From NCBI GenBank assembly GCA_030141605.1, contig JAQGDQ010001472.1:1-39086 (forward strand): a stretch of 39,086 nucleotides of DNA. The letters are read 5' to 3'. The notes below the pieces were generated by a model. That model had not been told where the DNA came from. It did not search any database and saw only the letters and a list, made by a program, of their open reading frames with translations. The stretch comes from Tubiluchus corallicola. Lineage: Eukaryota; Animalia; Priapulida. The position numbers were made by a program, and so were the translations under genes. Positions 1-11,600 of this stretch are shown one piece after another (positions within the stretch are counted from its first letter, which is position 1; every line of letters begins with the position of its first letter).

Positions 1-450
1 TCATTATTAAATTTCGAAACAGATGATGCAATAACGTTCAACTCTTGCACATCCGGCGGAAATCACTGAAGCTCTCTGTGCAGCGCCAATTAGCTTCGAT
101 GTAATTGAGTATTTGTGTTACGTTTCATAAATTTTCTGTACAAACGAAATGTTTTTTTTTTTGAAGTTGTAAAGCCCAGAAAAGTTCACAGAGTGTAATC
201 ATATTCGTGTGCACGTGTTTTTGGCTATTACAGTCACACCTGTTGTTTATATAAATTTATGATTACAGGTGTGCATACGTCACCACATGTTGCAAAGTTC
301 TACAAACATAAACCTTTAAGTCAACTACAAAGGAGTCCACATATCAAAAGGAACCTAGTATATCAATAAACGAATTATTTAGCTTGGCTACTACTTCATA
401 GTCACTTCCCTATATGCACGAGCTGTAAAGTTTGAAACTTTATTTATACT
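1..450. repeat. Left arm of long inverted repeat (partner ~3090-3542); truncated by window edge
   Basis: 1-348 is the exact reverse complement of 3196-3542 apart from one T in a homopolymer; 349-450 is a diverged match. Confidence 0.95.
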
Positions 451-1488
451 CTTTATTCGCTATTCCACACTTTCAGGCCCAGGTTCTATTTCACAGTGTG
501 AACATGTTTCAAGGCGCGTATTTCAAAAAGTAAATTGTATTGATCTTCATACGAGCTCAAAAAGACCTTGTTATTTTAAAAGAGTAAGAAAAGCATTTAA
601 GAAAAACTGTTTAGGCATATTTCGTTAGATTTTTCACTTTTTTACGAACTTTGTATATGAGATGCCAGAAGATCGTGGGTTCGATTCTCGAATGCAATTT
701 TTTTCTGCCAATCCAAGAGTTACAATATATTCAGGCTAGCTCTAGTAACCCAACATTAAAATTCATTGTAATGGAAACATATTTTATGATTTTACATCAG
801 CTTAGTCTAGAAAAGACGACCAAGAATTGACGGTAAAAAGGCTTAAAGCAAAACTGGACCCAATCTTAAACTGTAGGTCAAAACAATCAACTCTTTAAAT
901 TATTGAAAGGTAACATGCTGTTTTTTAAAAAATGACTTACGTGAAAGAATTATTACCACACAAATACAATTTTACGTTCACGCCACTAGTTCTTAACTGT
1001 TACATGCATTTCATCATTCGTTAGTTAGACGGGCACTAGCACCTGCATTTCGGAAACACATTGCACGAAAAAACAGGTACTGTACCCTCAGTTCAGAAAT
1101 GTCAGTTTGTGACGAACTACACACGTTCGACAGCTCATGCGTGAGCACAGCGTTAAATTTAAAATTTGAATTTTCATCTTAAAACTTGCCTAGCTTTAAT
1201 ACAACACACCGAATCCCTTACAGTAGCACTGTACTTCAATTTTCGCTCTCACAAACACGTGCAACATGCTCGTGGAATATTTTTGCTGTAGGAAATTATG
1301 TTAGTTTGTGATGTCATCAATAGTTGGGCTCGTCCGCCATTAATTAAGTTTTTAATCTATCATTTCACTATCAGAAATGCTTTTGTAGAATAAATTGTTG
1401 TAAAATGTATACTTTTATCGTAGTTGAAAATGGGTTAATATATGAAAAATCATCCTGTCTTCCTTAAAAACATTAAGCTCATTCTTAC

Positions 1489-1698
1489 TATTATAGGCTT
1501 CCTCCTCAGTCATGTAATGCAGGAACAGACATGTCATGGGGTAGATTTTTGGTCCATACGTCACATCCGGACACAGGTGACCAATGACACAGATGATTTT
1601 CTTAGCCGCAAGACGCCCTTGTTCATTGAGACTGTAGTTCATTAAGAAGGCGGGGTCTACGTAGGAGGGTAGACGCTGATGGATGCTGCTGATGTCAT
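1489..1698 (-). CDS. TBC1D24: TBC1D24-like internal coding exon (210 nt, phase 1-1); gene continues beyond the window start
   Basis: Acceptor TTTCAG| at 1699-1704 and donor A|GTAAGA at 1488; in frame with the 10369 donor. Encodes LPSYVDPAFLMNYSLNEQGRLAAKKIICVIGHLCPDVTYGPKIYPMTCLFLHYMTEEEAY, which matches the TBC1D24 segment LPEFVD...YCLN..GE.AVRKIL...PDISFCP...LLLHY. Confidence 0.88.
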
Positions 1699-1827
1699 CT
1701 GAAACAAAACAGGAAAGAAAACGATTATCTCAAATTTTCACTAAAAAATACCCAGTAAGTTTACGATATCACAAAAATTTGTAATAAAGACTAATGAGCA
1801 AGTTGAAAAATGAAAGAATCTCATTTA

Positions 1828-2171
1828 TAGGGGGTGAACAATCTCTGCGAGAAAGGGTGACTTTCGAATTCGAATCGAATCAAACTTCCGTACTTCCAAT
1901 TAGAATTGGGATTGAAAGATTTTCGAACACGTTTTCGAACCACCAGTACAAATTAGTCTTGCAAAGATCTTGCATATTACTAGATTTTGTTCCGCAGCAA
2001 ACCACTAATAATTTGTCAAAAACTGTGCACAGAAATGGCAGCTAAATTATGCTAATTGCAAGATGTTTCAATTGTTTTAATGATAAAGAATGCACGTGAA
2101 TGAAGTGCTGAATCATTGGAAACAATAGTTTTAGGTTCGAGTCGAATTCGAACGTTCGATGCTCATCCGTA
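1828..2171. mobile_element. Degenerate hAT-like MITE
   Basis: Imperfect TIRs (TAGGGGGTGAAC..TTCGAATTCGAATCGAA / TTCGAGTCGAATTCGAA..GCTCATCCGTA); 8-bp TSD CTCATTTA/CTCATTAA. Confidence 0.6.
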
Positions 2172-2179
2172 CTCATTAA

Positions 2180-2640
2180 CCCTTTCAGTCCCAAATTATT
2201 TCTTTAATAAGAGGAAATTTTTTGGCTTGGTACTTTTGTTCAGTATGTCCATCTTGTTTACACATAATAATTATTTTTTTCTACCTGTGCCCGCGTGCTA
2301 AATATAGCCTGTATCCCACGGGATACATTGGGATTCAATGGAAGCATAAAATGTGCTTCATTTTGCAACTGCTGATAATTTTTTAAAGTATTTAAGACAT
2401 TTAGTATGCATACTATGCTGATCTGTACAAAGTCGTCTCTAAAGTACTGACCTTCTGCGTTTTTTATGCTACGTAGTTTTTCTAGTTTGCCATTTTATCA
2501 CCATTTTTAGTCTATTGTTATCGGCTTAAATCAAAATAAATATTAACAGATCAAATAACTGTCAGTTTTTAAAATTTTATTAATTTTAAAGGCAAAAAAT
2601 ATTCTCGTATCCCACGGGAGATACAACGGGTATGAAAGGG
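2180..2640 (+). mobile_element. piggyBac-like non-autonomous element, copy 1
   Basis: TTAA|CCCTTTCA...TGAAAGGG|TTAA; internal palindromic GTATCCCACGGGATAC motifs; two more copies in the window. Confidence 0.9.
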
Positions 2641-2799
2641 TTAATAGCAGATTAACGTGACAGCTTCAGCTTTTATTAATTTACGTTTCGTAAAATTTTG
2701 TCCTTGGTAATTAAATTATTTTTCCATCACTGAAAATTAAAGACATATGAGAACTGTCGGGTTGATAACAAAGTGCAAGGAGAGATTGGATAAATCTAT

Positions 2800-3100
2800 T
2801 TTGTTTCTTCTTCCTACCATTTCCACTAACACATCCTTCTACCCTTCCTGTGTGATCTAACCTTTCTCCCAGTTCTTTTTTGTTCACTCATCCATTCTTT
2901 TTTTATCTGGTTCACATGACAGTGGGCTTATACAAGCCTTTGCTTCTCTAGCCCACTGCAGTACAATTATTCTTTTATGATAACTATAGTGTATGAAATA
3001 TAACAATTTAATACAGTATGATGTAATAATTTTGATGTCACTGTGTGCTTAATGTCATTATATTGTACTGAATGTGATAATAATAATAAATATATAAATA
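2800..3100 (+). mobile_element. LINE 3' UTR remnant (L2/Crack/CR1-like)
   Basis: Pyrimidine tract, stem-loop CAGTGGGCT...AGCCCACTG, then AATAAA and an AT-rich tail. Confidence 0.5.
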
Positions 3101-3542
3101 AAAAGTTTCAAATCTCTTACAGCCTGCATATAGTGGAAGTGACTATAGTTTAGCAGCCGTGTTTAAATAATTCGTTTATTGATACATTAGTCTCCTTTGA
3201 TATGTGGACTCCTTTGTAGTTGACTTAAAGGTTTATGTTTGTAGAACTTTGCAACATGTGGTGACGTATGCACACCTGTAATCATAAATTTATATAAACA
3301 ACAGGTGTGACTGTAATAGCCAAAAACACGTGCACACGAATATGATTACACTCTGTGAACTTTTCTGGGCTTTACAACTTCAAAAAAAAAACATTTCGTT
3401 TGTACAGAAAATTTATGAAACGTAACACAAATACTCAATTACATCGAAGCTAATTGGCGCTGCACAGAGAGCTTCAGTGATTTCCGCCGGATGTGCAAGA
3501 GTTGAACGTTATTGCATCATCTGTTTCGAAATTTAATAATGA
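3090..3542. repeat. Right arm of long inverted repeat
   Basis: Reverse complement of 1-450. Confidence 0.95.
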
Positions 3543-3648
3543 CGACTGCAGAGGCAGGAAAGCGAAAATAGTAAATGTATTTGCAGGTAAACTTTTATAC
3601 CGTACGAGTTTCACTTACGAAATGATAATGTTGTGTAACAAGTTTTAA

Positions 3649-4431
3649 TATCCTAATTTTAATTTAGTTTTAAACAAAAAGCTTCCACTAAAATGAGTGA
3701 AATTCATTATCTACAGTAATTATAGGTTTTACATGTCAAATGTAGACCTGCGTTAACTCAAATGTAGATTTAGATAATTCAAATGTGTCTTGGTAACTCA
3801 AATGTAGACTTAGGTAGTTCAAATATGTTAACAATGGTTTTCAACAAATCTTGAGCGCTTTTGGTAAGTCAAATGTAGACACATGTCAAGTCAAATGTGA
3901 CATTGGTATCTCAAATGTGGATAGGTGGTAAAGTTTAAGGATGTTAAATTTAATCTTCTTTAATTTCAATTTAATAATTGCTCCTAAGTTAAAATACTAA
4001 CTTTATAGGTCTACTAATAGATGCACTATCTTTGGTTTATCTTTTTCTAATTTGCACTTAAATAACTTAATTATCGATTTATTCAAAGTAATGCATCTAC
4101 ATTTGACTTACCTAAGTCACATTTGAACTTTCCTATGTCTACACTTGACGTGTGAAACCTATAGTAATAATTAGCTAAAAGTATCAGCTGAAGGGTCAGC
4201 TACAGTGAACACAGGTACAAAACTCACACAAACGTCTGTAGTGACTAGTGATTCACGGTTTATCCTAATTTTAATTAAGTTTTAAACAAAAGGGTTCTAC
4301 TAAAATGAGTGGAATTCATTATCTACGGCAATTAGTAATAATTAGCTAAAAGTATCAGCTCACAGGTCAGCTACAGTGAACTCATGTATAAAACTCACAC
4401 AAACCTCAGTAGTGACTAGTAATTTACGGTT
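3649..4431. repeat. ~170-bp tandem duplication; first copy interrupted by the MITE
   Basis: 3649-3722 plus 4164-4260 aligns to 4261-4431. Confidence 0.85.
3723..4161. mobile_element. MITE with ~25-bp TIRs, TA target duplication and subterminal TCAAATGTAGAC repeats
   Basis: TAGGTTTTACATGTCAAATGTAGAC / GTCTACACTTGACGTGTGAAACCTA; the adjacent duplicate at 4321-4345 shows the empty site with a single TA. Confidence 0.85.
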
Positions 4432-5059
4432 ATTTTAATAGCAACGCCCCGGGGCCATTTTCGACATAAAACAGGTTGGCTTATTTTCACTGTGTTCGTG
4501 TTAGAGCTGTTGTAAGAATTTGTTTTTGTGGTTTTAAGATCAGTTTAATTGCAGGGGGTCAAGGAAAAAATGCGGAAAGAGTGCTGCACGCATAATGAGC
4601 TAACAAAGACCGGGCAGCAACTCAAATGGTGAAACTATGACTGACCAGGGTCAACGCGGCGGTACTTTGGCCGTTTTTCAACAGCGGAGCAATTTCACCG
4701 GTCAGATGAGCGTAACTTTACTTTAAAGAACCAAGACGCGTTTCTTAGACTAACATTCATTGAAAAATGACACAATTGATTTCTTAATGACAAGAATAGT
4801 AACAATTGATGAAAAATTTAACAATTAAAAACGGAGAAAGAAGAAAAACACAACGTTTGAAACTACAGCATCGTTTTGTTTTATTTTTTCCTCGTTTTAA
4901 CTGTGGAACTTTTTCACTAACTCACTCAAATAGTGAACTCAGCTTACATTTTCACAAACCGGTAAAATGCGAAGGTATTACGCGTGATGTGAAGTGACAA
5001 TTTCATTTATACTTTGGTAATTTCCTAAACATACATGAAACAATTTTGTGTTATCAATA

Positions 5060-7978
5060 TCTTGGGTATCTTATGTAATACAACGTATTAAAACGTACTG
5101 CAAAGAAACAGTAGACAAACCTTGGGTTTCTTATGCAATACAAAGTACTAAAAACGTACTGCAAAGAAACAGTAGGCAAACCTTGGGTTTCTTATGCAAT
5201 ACAACGTACTAAAAACGTACTGTAAAGAAACAGTAAGCAAACCTTGGGTTTCTTATGCAATGCAACGTACTAAAAACGTACTGCAAAGAAACAGTAGGCA
5301 AACCTTGGGTTTCTTATGCAATGCAACGTACTAAAAACGTACTGTAAAGAAACAGTAGGCAAACCTTGGGTTTCTTATGCAATACAAAGTACTAAAAACG
5401 TACTGCAAAGAAACAGTAGGCAAACCTTGGGTTTCTTATGCAATGCAACGTACTAAAAACGTACTGTAAACAAACAGTAGGCAAACCTTGGGTTTCTTAT
5501 GTAATACAACATACTAAAAACGTACTGCAAAGAAACAGTAAGCAAACCTTGGGTTTCTTATGCAATACAAAGTACTAAAAACGTACTGCAAAGAAACAGT
5601 AAGCAAACCTTGGGTTTCTTATGCAATACAAAGTACTAAAAACGTACTGCAAAGAAACAGTAAGCAAACCTTGGGTTTCTTATGCAATACAAAGTACTAA
5701 AACGTACTGCAAAGAAACAGTAAGCAAACCTTGGGTTTCTTATGCAATACAAAGTACTAAAAACGTACTGCAAAGAAACAGTAAGCAAACCTTGGGTTTC
5801 TTATGCAATACAAAGTACTAAAAACGTACTGCAAAGAAACAGTAGGCAAACCTTGGGTTTCTTATGCAATGCAACGTACTAAAAACGTACTGTAAAGAAA
5901 CAGTAGGCAAACCTTGGGTTTCTTATGCAATACAAAGTACTAAAAACGTACTGCAAAGAAACAGTAGGCAAACCTTGGGTTTCTTATGCAATGCAACGTA
6001 CTAAAAACGTACTGTAAACAAACAGTAGGCAAACCTTGGGTTTCTTATGTAATACAACGTACTAAAAACGTACTGCAAAGAAACAGTAAGCAAACCTTGG
6101 GTTTCTTATGCAATACAAAGTACTAAAAACGTACTGCAAAGAAACAGTAAGCAAACCTTGGGTTTCTTATGCAATACAAAGTACTAAAAACGTACTGCAA
6201 AGAAACAGTAAGCAAACCTTGGGTTTCTTATGCAATACAAAGTACTAAAACGTACTGCAAAGAAACAGTAAGCAAACCTTGGGTTTCTTATGCAATACAA
6301 AGTACTAAAAACGTACTGCAAAGAAACAGTAAGCAAACCTTGGGTTTCTTATGCAATACAAAGTACTAAAAACGTACTGCAAAGAAACAGTAGGCAAACC
6401 TTGGGTTTCTTATGCAATACAACGTACTAAAAGCGTACTGCAAAGAAACAGTAGGCAAACCTTGGGTTTCTTATGTAATACAACGTACTAAAAACGTACT
6501 GTAAACAAACAGTAGGCAAACCTTGGGTTTCTTATGCAATACAACGTACTAAAAACGTACTGCAAAGAAACAGTAGGCAAACCTTGGGTTTCTTATGCAA
6601 TACAACGTACTAAAAGCGTACTGTAAAGAAACAGTAGGCAAACCTTGGGTTTCTTATGCAATACAACGTACTAAAAACGTACTGTAAAGAAACAGTAGGC
6701 AAACCTTGGGTTTCTTATGTAATACAACGTACTAAAAACGTACTGCAAAGAAACAGTAGGCAAACCTTGAGTTTCTTATGCAATACAACGTACTAAAAGC
6801 GTACTGTAAAGAAACAGTAGGCAAACCTTGGGTTTCTTATGTAATACAACGTACTAAAAACGTACTGTAAACAAACAGTAGGCAAACCTTGGGTTTCTTA
6901 TGCAATACAACATACTAAAAACGTACTGCAAAGAAACAGTAGGCAAACCTTGGGTTTCTTATGCAATACAACGTACTAAAAGCGTACTGTAAAGAAACAG
7001 TAGGCAAACCTTGGGTTTCTTATGCAATACAACGTACTAAAAACGTACTGTAAAGAAACAGTAGGCAAACCTTGAGTTTCTTATGCAATACAACGTACTA
7101 AAACGTACTGTAAAGAAACAGTAGGCAAACCTTGGGTTTCTTGTGCAATGCAACGTCCCAAAACGTACTGTAAAGAAACAGTAGGCAAACCTTGGGTTTC
7201 TTATGTAATACAACGTACTAAAAACGTACTGTAAAGAAACAGTAGGCAAACCTTGGGTTTCTTATGTAATACAACGTGCTAAAAACGTACTGCAAAGAAA
7301 CAGTAGGCAAACCTTGGGTTTCTTGTGTAATGCAACGTCCCAAAACGTACTGTAAAGAAACAGTAGGTAAACCTTGGGTTTCTTGTGTAATGCAACGTAC
7401 TAAAACGTACTGCAAAGAAACAGTAGGCAAACCTTGGGTTTCTCACGTAATACAACGTACTGAAAACGTACTGCAAAGAAACAGTAGGCAAACCTTGGGT
7501 TTCTCACGTAATACAACGTACTGAAAACGTACTGCAAAAAAACAGTAGGTAAACCTTGGGTTTCTTGTGTAATGCAACGTACTAAAACGTACTGCAAAGA
7601 AACAGTAGACAAACCTTGGGTTTCTCACGAAATACAACGTACTGAAAACGTACTGCAAAGAAACAGTAGGCAAACCTTGGGTTTCTCACGTAATACAACG
7701 TACTGAAAACGTACTGCAAAAAAACAGTAGGTAAACCTTGGGTTTCTTGTGTAATGCAACGTACTAAAACGTACTGCAAAGAAACAGTAGACAAACCTTG
7801 GGTTTCTCACGAAATACAACGTACTGAAAACGTACTGCAAAGAAACAGTAGGCAAACCTTGGGTTTCTCACGTAATACAACGTACTGAAAACGTACTGCA
7901 AAAAAACAGTAGGCAAACCTTGGGTTTCTCACGTAATACAACGTACTAAAACGTACTGCAAAGAAACAGTGGGCAAAC
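5060..7978. repeat. 61-bp satellite array, ~48 units
   Basis: Unit AAACCTTGGGTTTCTTATGCAATACAACGTACTAAAAACGTACTGCAAAGAAACAGTAGGC repeated head to tail. Confidence 0.98.
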
Positions 7979-8523
7979 GTAAGCCATGTAAGGATATTTA
8001 AGAACATTTTATCTCCCTTCACTGTACTTCCAATTGCATTTTTATACGTTTTATTTACACTTATAAGATCTCGATTGAACGCCATAATTACTGTACACTG
8101 TTTTTTTTTACTGGGGAGTGTACAGCAGGCAAACAGCACAACTTCTTGGCAAACTGCCAGGTCAGTTGTTAAAAAATGCGAGCAGTTGAACAAAAGAATG
8201 AGGTTGTGGCGTATGTATACAATAAATTTTGTGCTTTGCTTGGCGTATTACTGTAGAAATACCCTGTGTAGCGAGAGCGTGGACCCTACTGAGCCTGTGG
8301 TAGACTTAGCTGAATCAGCGTTTGCTGTTATTAATACCAGCAGACGTCGTGTGTTTATTCAAAGTTCAAAGAGTTTATCTCTCTAAGTATTATTTACACG
8401 TACTGTGTGGTACGATATTCAATAATCTGCAATATCGAGACAACATTTTAACAAGGCAGTCCAAAAGTTGCTGCTTGGTAAACAGTTGAGCTGGTTATAC
8501 GCAAATACCGTACGACAAAAACA

Positions 8524-9118
8524 CGAGCACATACAACATAGTAACATCCGAGCACATACAACATAGTGACATCCGATCACATACAACATAGTGACATTCG
8601 AGCACATACAACATAGTAACATCCGAGCACATACAACATAGTAACATCCGAGCACATACAACATAGTAACATCCGAGCACATACAACATAGTAACATCCG
8701 AGCATATACAACATAGTAAGATCTGAGCACATACACCATAGTAACATCCGAGCACATACAACATAGTAACATCCGAGCCCATACAACATAGTAACATCCG
8801 AGCACATACAACATAGTAACATAAGAGCACATACAACATAGTAACATTCGAGCACATACAACATAGTAACATCCGAGCATATACAACATAGTAACATCCG
8901 AGCACATACAACATAGTAACACTCGAGCACATACAACATAGTAACATCCGAGCATATACAACATAGTAACATCTGAGCACATACAACATAGTAACATTCG
9001 AGCACATACAACATAGTAACATCCGAGCACATACAACATAGTAACATCCGAGCACATACAACATAGTAACATTCGAGCACATACAACATAGTAACATCCG
9101 AGCACACAACATAGTAAC
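8524..9118. repeat. 25-bp minisatellite, ~24 units
   Basis: Unit CGAGCACATACAACATAGTAACATC. Confidence 0.97.
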
Positions 9119-9287
9119 TTGCCAATAGGTTCTAAGCAAAGCTACCAAAAACGTGTTTCTCTCCCTACATTAATCTTAATTACAAAATTATTTGTAATAA
9201 AATAATAATGAATTTGTGTTATGAAGTGTGGTTTCAAGTAAACAACTTTCAATGGCGCTGTACCATAAAATGTTATAATTACAATAA

Positions 9288-9659
9288 GCCCTTTCACAGT
9301 TCCAGCGATCTATGGTGATCGCAAATAGGTCAAAGGTTAAGTGTACCAGACAACGCATTTGTGTACACGTGACAACTCCTTGCAGTCCATGCAATTTTAA
9401 CAGCTAGCTAGAACCTTACCTAGTTCATTTTTTCTTGTTCCCAACCAAGATCCTGCTAGTAAATCGCTCTGCGCACATACTAATGCATAATTAAGTAAAA
9501 ATCCACGTAAACCAGCCTGAAGTTACTGAACTGACGAGGCAGATGTCTTTGCTTTAGCCACACGTCCTGTGATGGTTGTTGTTAAGACGTGCTGCTGTGG
9601 TACACTTAACCTCTGACCTATCGCAACTGTGCATGCGCACAACAAAACTGTGAAAAAGC
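9288..9659 (+). mobile_element. PIF/Harbinger-like MITE, copy 1
   Basis: TIRs GCCCTTTCACAGTT / AACTGTGAAAAAGC with TAA/TTA flanks; related copies at 18798 and 19527. Confidence 0.75.
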
Positions 9660-10024
9660 TTACTATGAATGTCATACTAAAAAATACAATTAAAATTTTT
9701 AAAAGTTTTCACACAATGTACAAATCACGTACAAGTGAAGACATTACGTTAAAACATCATGTCGTGGTCAAAAGGGCCTACAAGCATGATTGTGACTGTA
9801 GTCCGCTAGGATTGAGGTGTACAATTTAACTAAGACTTCTGAAATTTATATGCCGTGGGCTGAAAATATAGCTGGATTTTAAATGCTAACATTTTAGCTG
9901 ACTGGATATATACATGTAGAACTTTAGCCTGCTTCTAGATAAGATCGCACATGGCGTACTATAAGTCACATAAACACATATGCTAAGCAGCTTCTATAAA
10001 AACAACATATTGGCTTTGACATAA

Positions 10025-10027
<3 letters not shown>

Positions 10028-10058
<31 letters not shown>
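10028..10058. repeat. (TA)n microsatellite
   Basis: Direct reading. Confidence 0.95.
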
Positions 10059-10059
<1 letters not shown>

Positions 10060-10368
10060 CCCCAGATCTTCACGATTACATATACATATACATATATAGG
10101 CCTTATAGTTATACGCAGCAAATAAGGCAGAAAAGCAAACAAAATTTTGCATAGTTGACCTTTCAGCTGTTTTGTTATTTTAACAAAAGTAATGTTGAAC
10201 AAACTTCAGAAACACAAGTTAACTGTAAAGTAACTTAAATGACCAATTTTGCAAAACAAATATTTTTCGTTGAAACAATTCTAAAATTTGAATTTCATTT
10301 TCGTTTGCGTATAAGTTATCACACACTGAATATGAAACGGCATGCATTCACTTAAAGCTTAAACTTAC

Positions 10369-10948
10369 CTGATCGATTGTGAAATATATCTCTTATGGTT
10401 TCTTTGTAGATATATGATGATTCAGACACATCGGCTCCGTTATTCATGTGCTCAATTAACCGCATCCAGAGTCGTTTTCTAACAACATGATCCGGCGGCC
10501 AGCTGTTAGTCCGAATAAAAGTTTTTAAACCATCAAACGAATGTGTTAAAAAAGCGTTCTCCAAATCCGTCAGGTTGCCCAGCCCGAGTTCGGGAAAGTT
10601 GTGGTAGTCGTTGAAGGATCCGTACAACTTATCCCTGTCCACGTAATGGGTCAGCGACACTGACGGTCTGACCTCGAGTTTCTGACGCCCAGACGTCGTA
10701 TCTCTGCCGTTGGCAGAAGGCGACACGGAACGACTGGGGCTCTCCGTTAGCGTGTCATCAGAGCTTCCTGACATGTGTTTGCTACGGTCGGAGTCGATGG
10801 TTTTGTCCGGATCGTTGGTTTTGTCTGGATCGTCCACGCTCTCGTCGTTAAGCATGAACACAATTTCACTGTTGGACGTTACGTCTGCGGGAAACATGTT
10901 GCCGGGTTCTGACGACTCAGGTGTTACCACTTTAACTAAATTTTTCAT
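10369..10948 (-). CDS. TBC1D24: TBC1 domain family member 24 / skywalker-like Rab-GAP, first coding exon
   Basis: ATG at 10948; donor CAG|GTAAGT after 10369 (580 nt, phase 1). HYVDRDKL and LKTFIRTNSWPPDHVVRKRLWMRL resemble the TBC1D24/sky N-terminal TBC region (human FVDKDKM...[24 protein letters not shown], recalled from memory). Confidence 0.85.
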
Positions 10949-11138
10949 TCTTTATCAATAGGCCACAATTCGTCCAGCATTATCGAACGTGGATGCAGAA
11001 GTGTTGTATCAAATCCAGACAGCAACTTACCTGCAACATTTAATTAACTTTTCTTACTACCTAATAAGTACCTATTATACAGTACTGGTGCACCACAGAA
11101 TGTGGCATTAAATTCTTACGAGATGGATACTCTATTAA

Positions 11139-11600
11139 CAGGGTTCCCACAGAATTTCAAGATAAATTTCCCTAACTTTCTCATGACTTTTCCCTGGCCA
11201 AACATTGATTTTCCATGACTAAGATAAGCAGAAATTGCATTACTAGTATACTATACATAATCAAACATTTTTGTGTACGGACATTCATACACATACTGAT
11301 ATATAATGTGTCGGCACAGTTGCGGTAGTGATAACGAAATTGCATTAAATAAACTTTCTTAATCCAATCATTAATTTTGTAAAAGAAATCAAAAGAAACT
11401 GGCAGCCAGCCGTAGCAAAATTTTAGTTGAACACAAATCACTGAAAAATATGTTTGGAAAAATATTGGTTCACGGTGATTATTTTTGTGACTTTTCCAAT
11501 TTTCCTGACTTTTCGCCCCATTTTCAATAATCTTCCCTGACTTTTCACCAAATTATATTTTCCCCTGACTCTTCCATTACTTTTCAGAATAGCCTGTAAG
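11139..11600. mobile_element. Old hAT-like non-autonomous remnant
   Basis: CAGGGTT terminus and clusters of TTCCCTGACT-type subterminal repeats near both ends. Confidence 0.4.

Noticed and set aside
670-692. tRNA B-box-like GGTTCGATTC
   Set aside because: No cloverleaf or convincing A box; at most a SINE remnant.
941-1043. Possible extra TBC1D24 exon (TGCAG|...|GTAAGT on the minus strand)
   Set aside because: In the required phase it hits TGA after 9 codons and shows no similarity to TBC1D24.
5060-7978. CRISPR-like regularity and short ORFs in the 61-bp array
   Set aside because: No unique spacers and no cas genes in a eukaryotic intron; the 61-bp period shifts frame, so the ORFs are artefacts.
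8075-8386. 103-aa plus-strand ORF in the intron
   Set aside because: Non-ATG start, no recognisable domain and no splice support.
8419-9148. 182-228 aa Cys/Tyr-rich ORFs
   Set aside because: All three minus-strand frames are open because the 25-bp unit lacks stops on that strand; no protein signature.
10352-10368. ORF-track C-terminus GKFKL* (and 1415-1488 of the other exon's ORF)
   Set aside because: Read-through into introns past consensus GTAAG donors.
10710-10961. 83-aa plus-strand ORF
   Set aside because: Antisense shadow of the TBC1D24 exon; the same applies to 20231-20509 and 33651-33881 over the scramblases.
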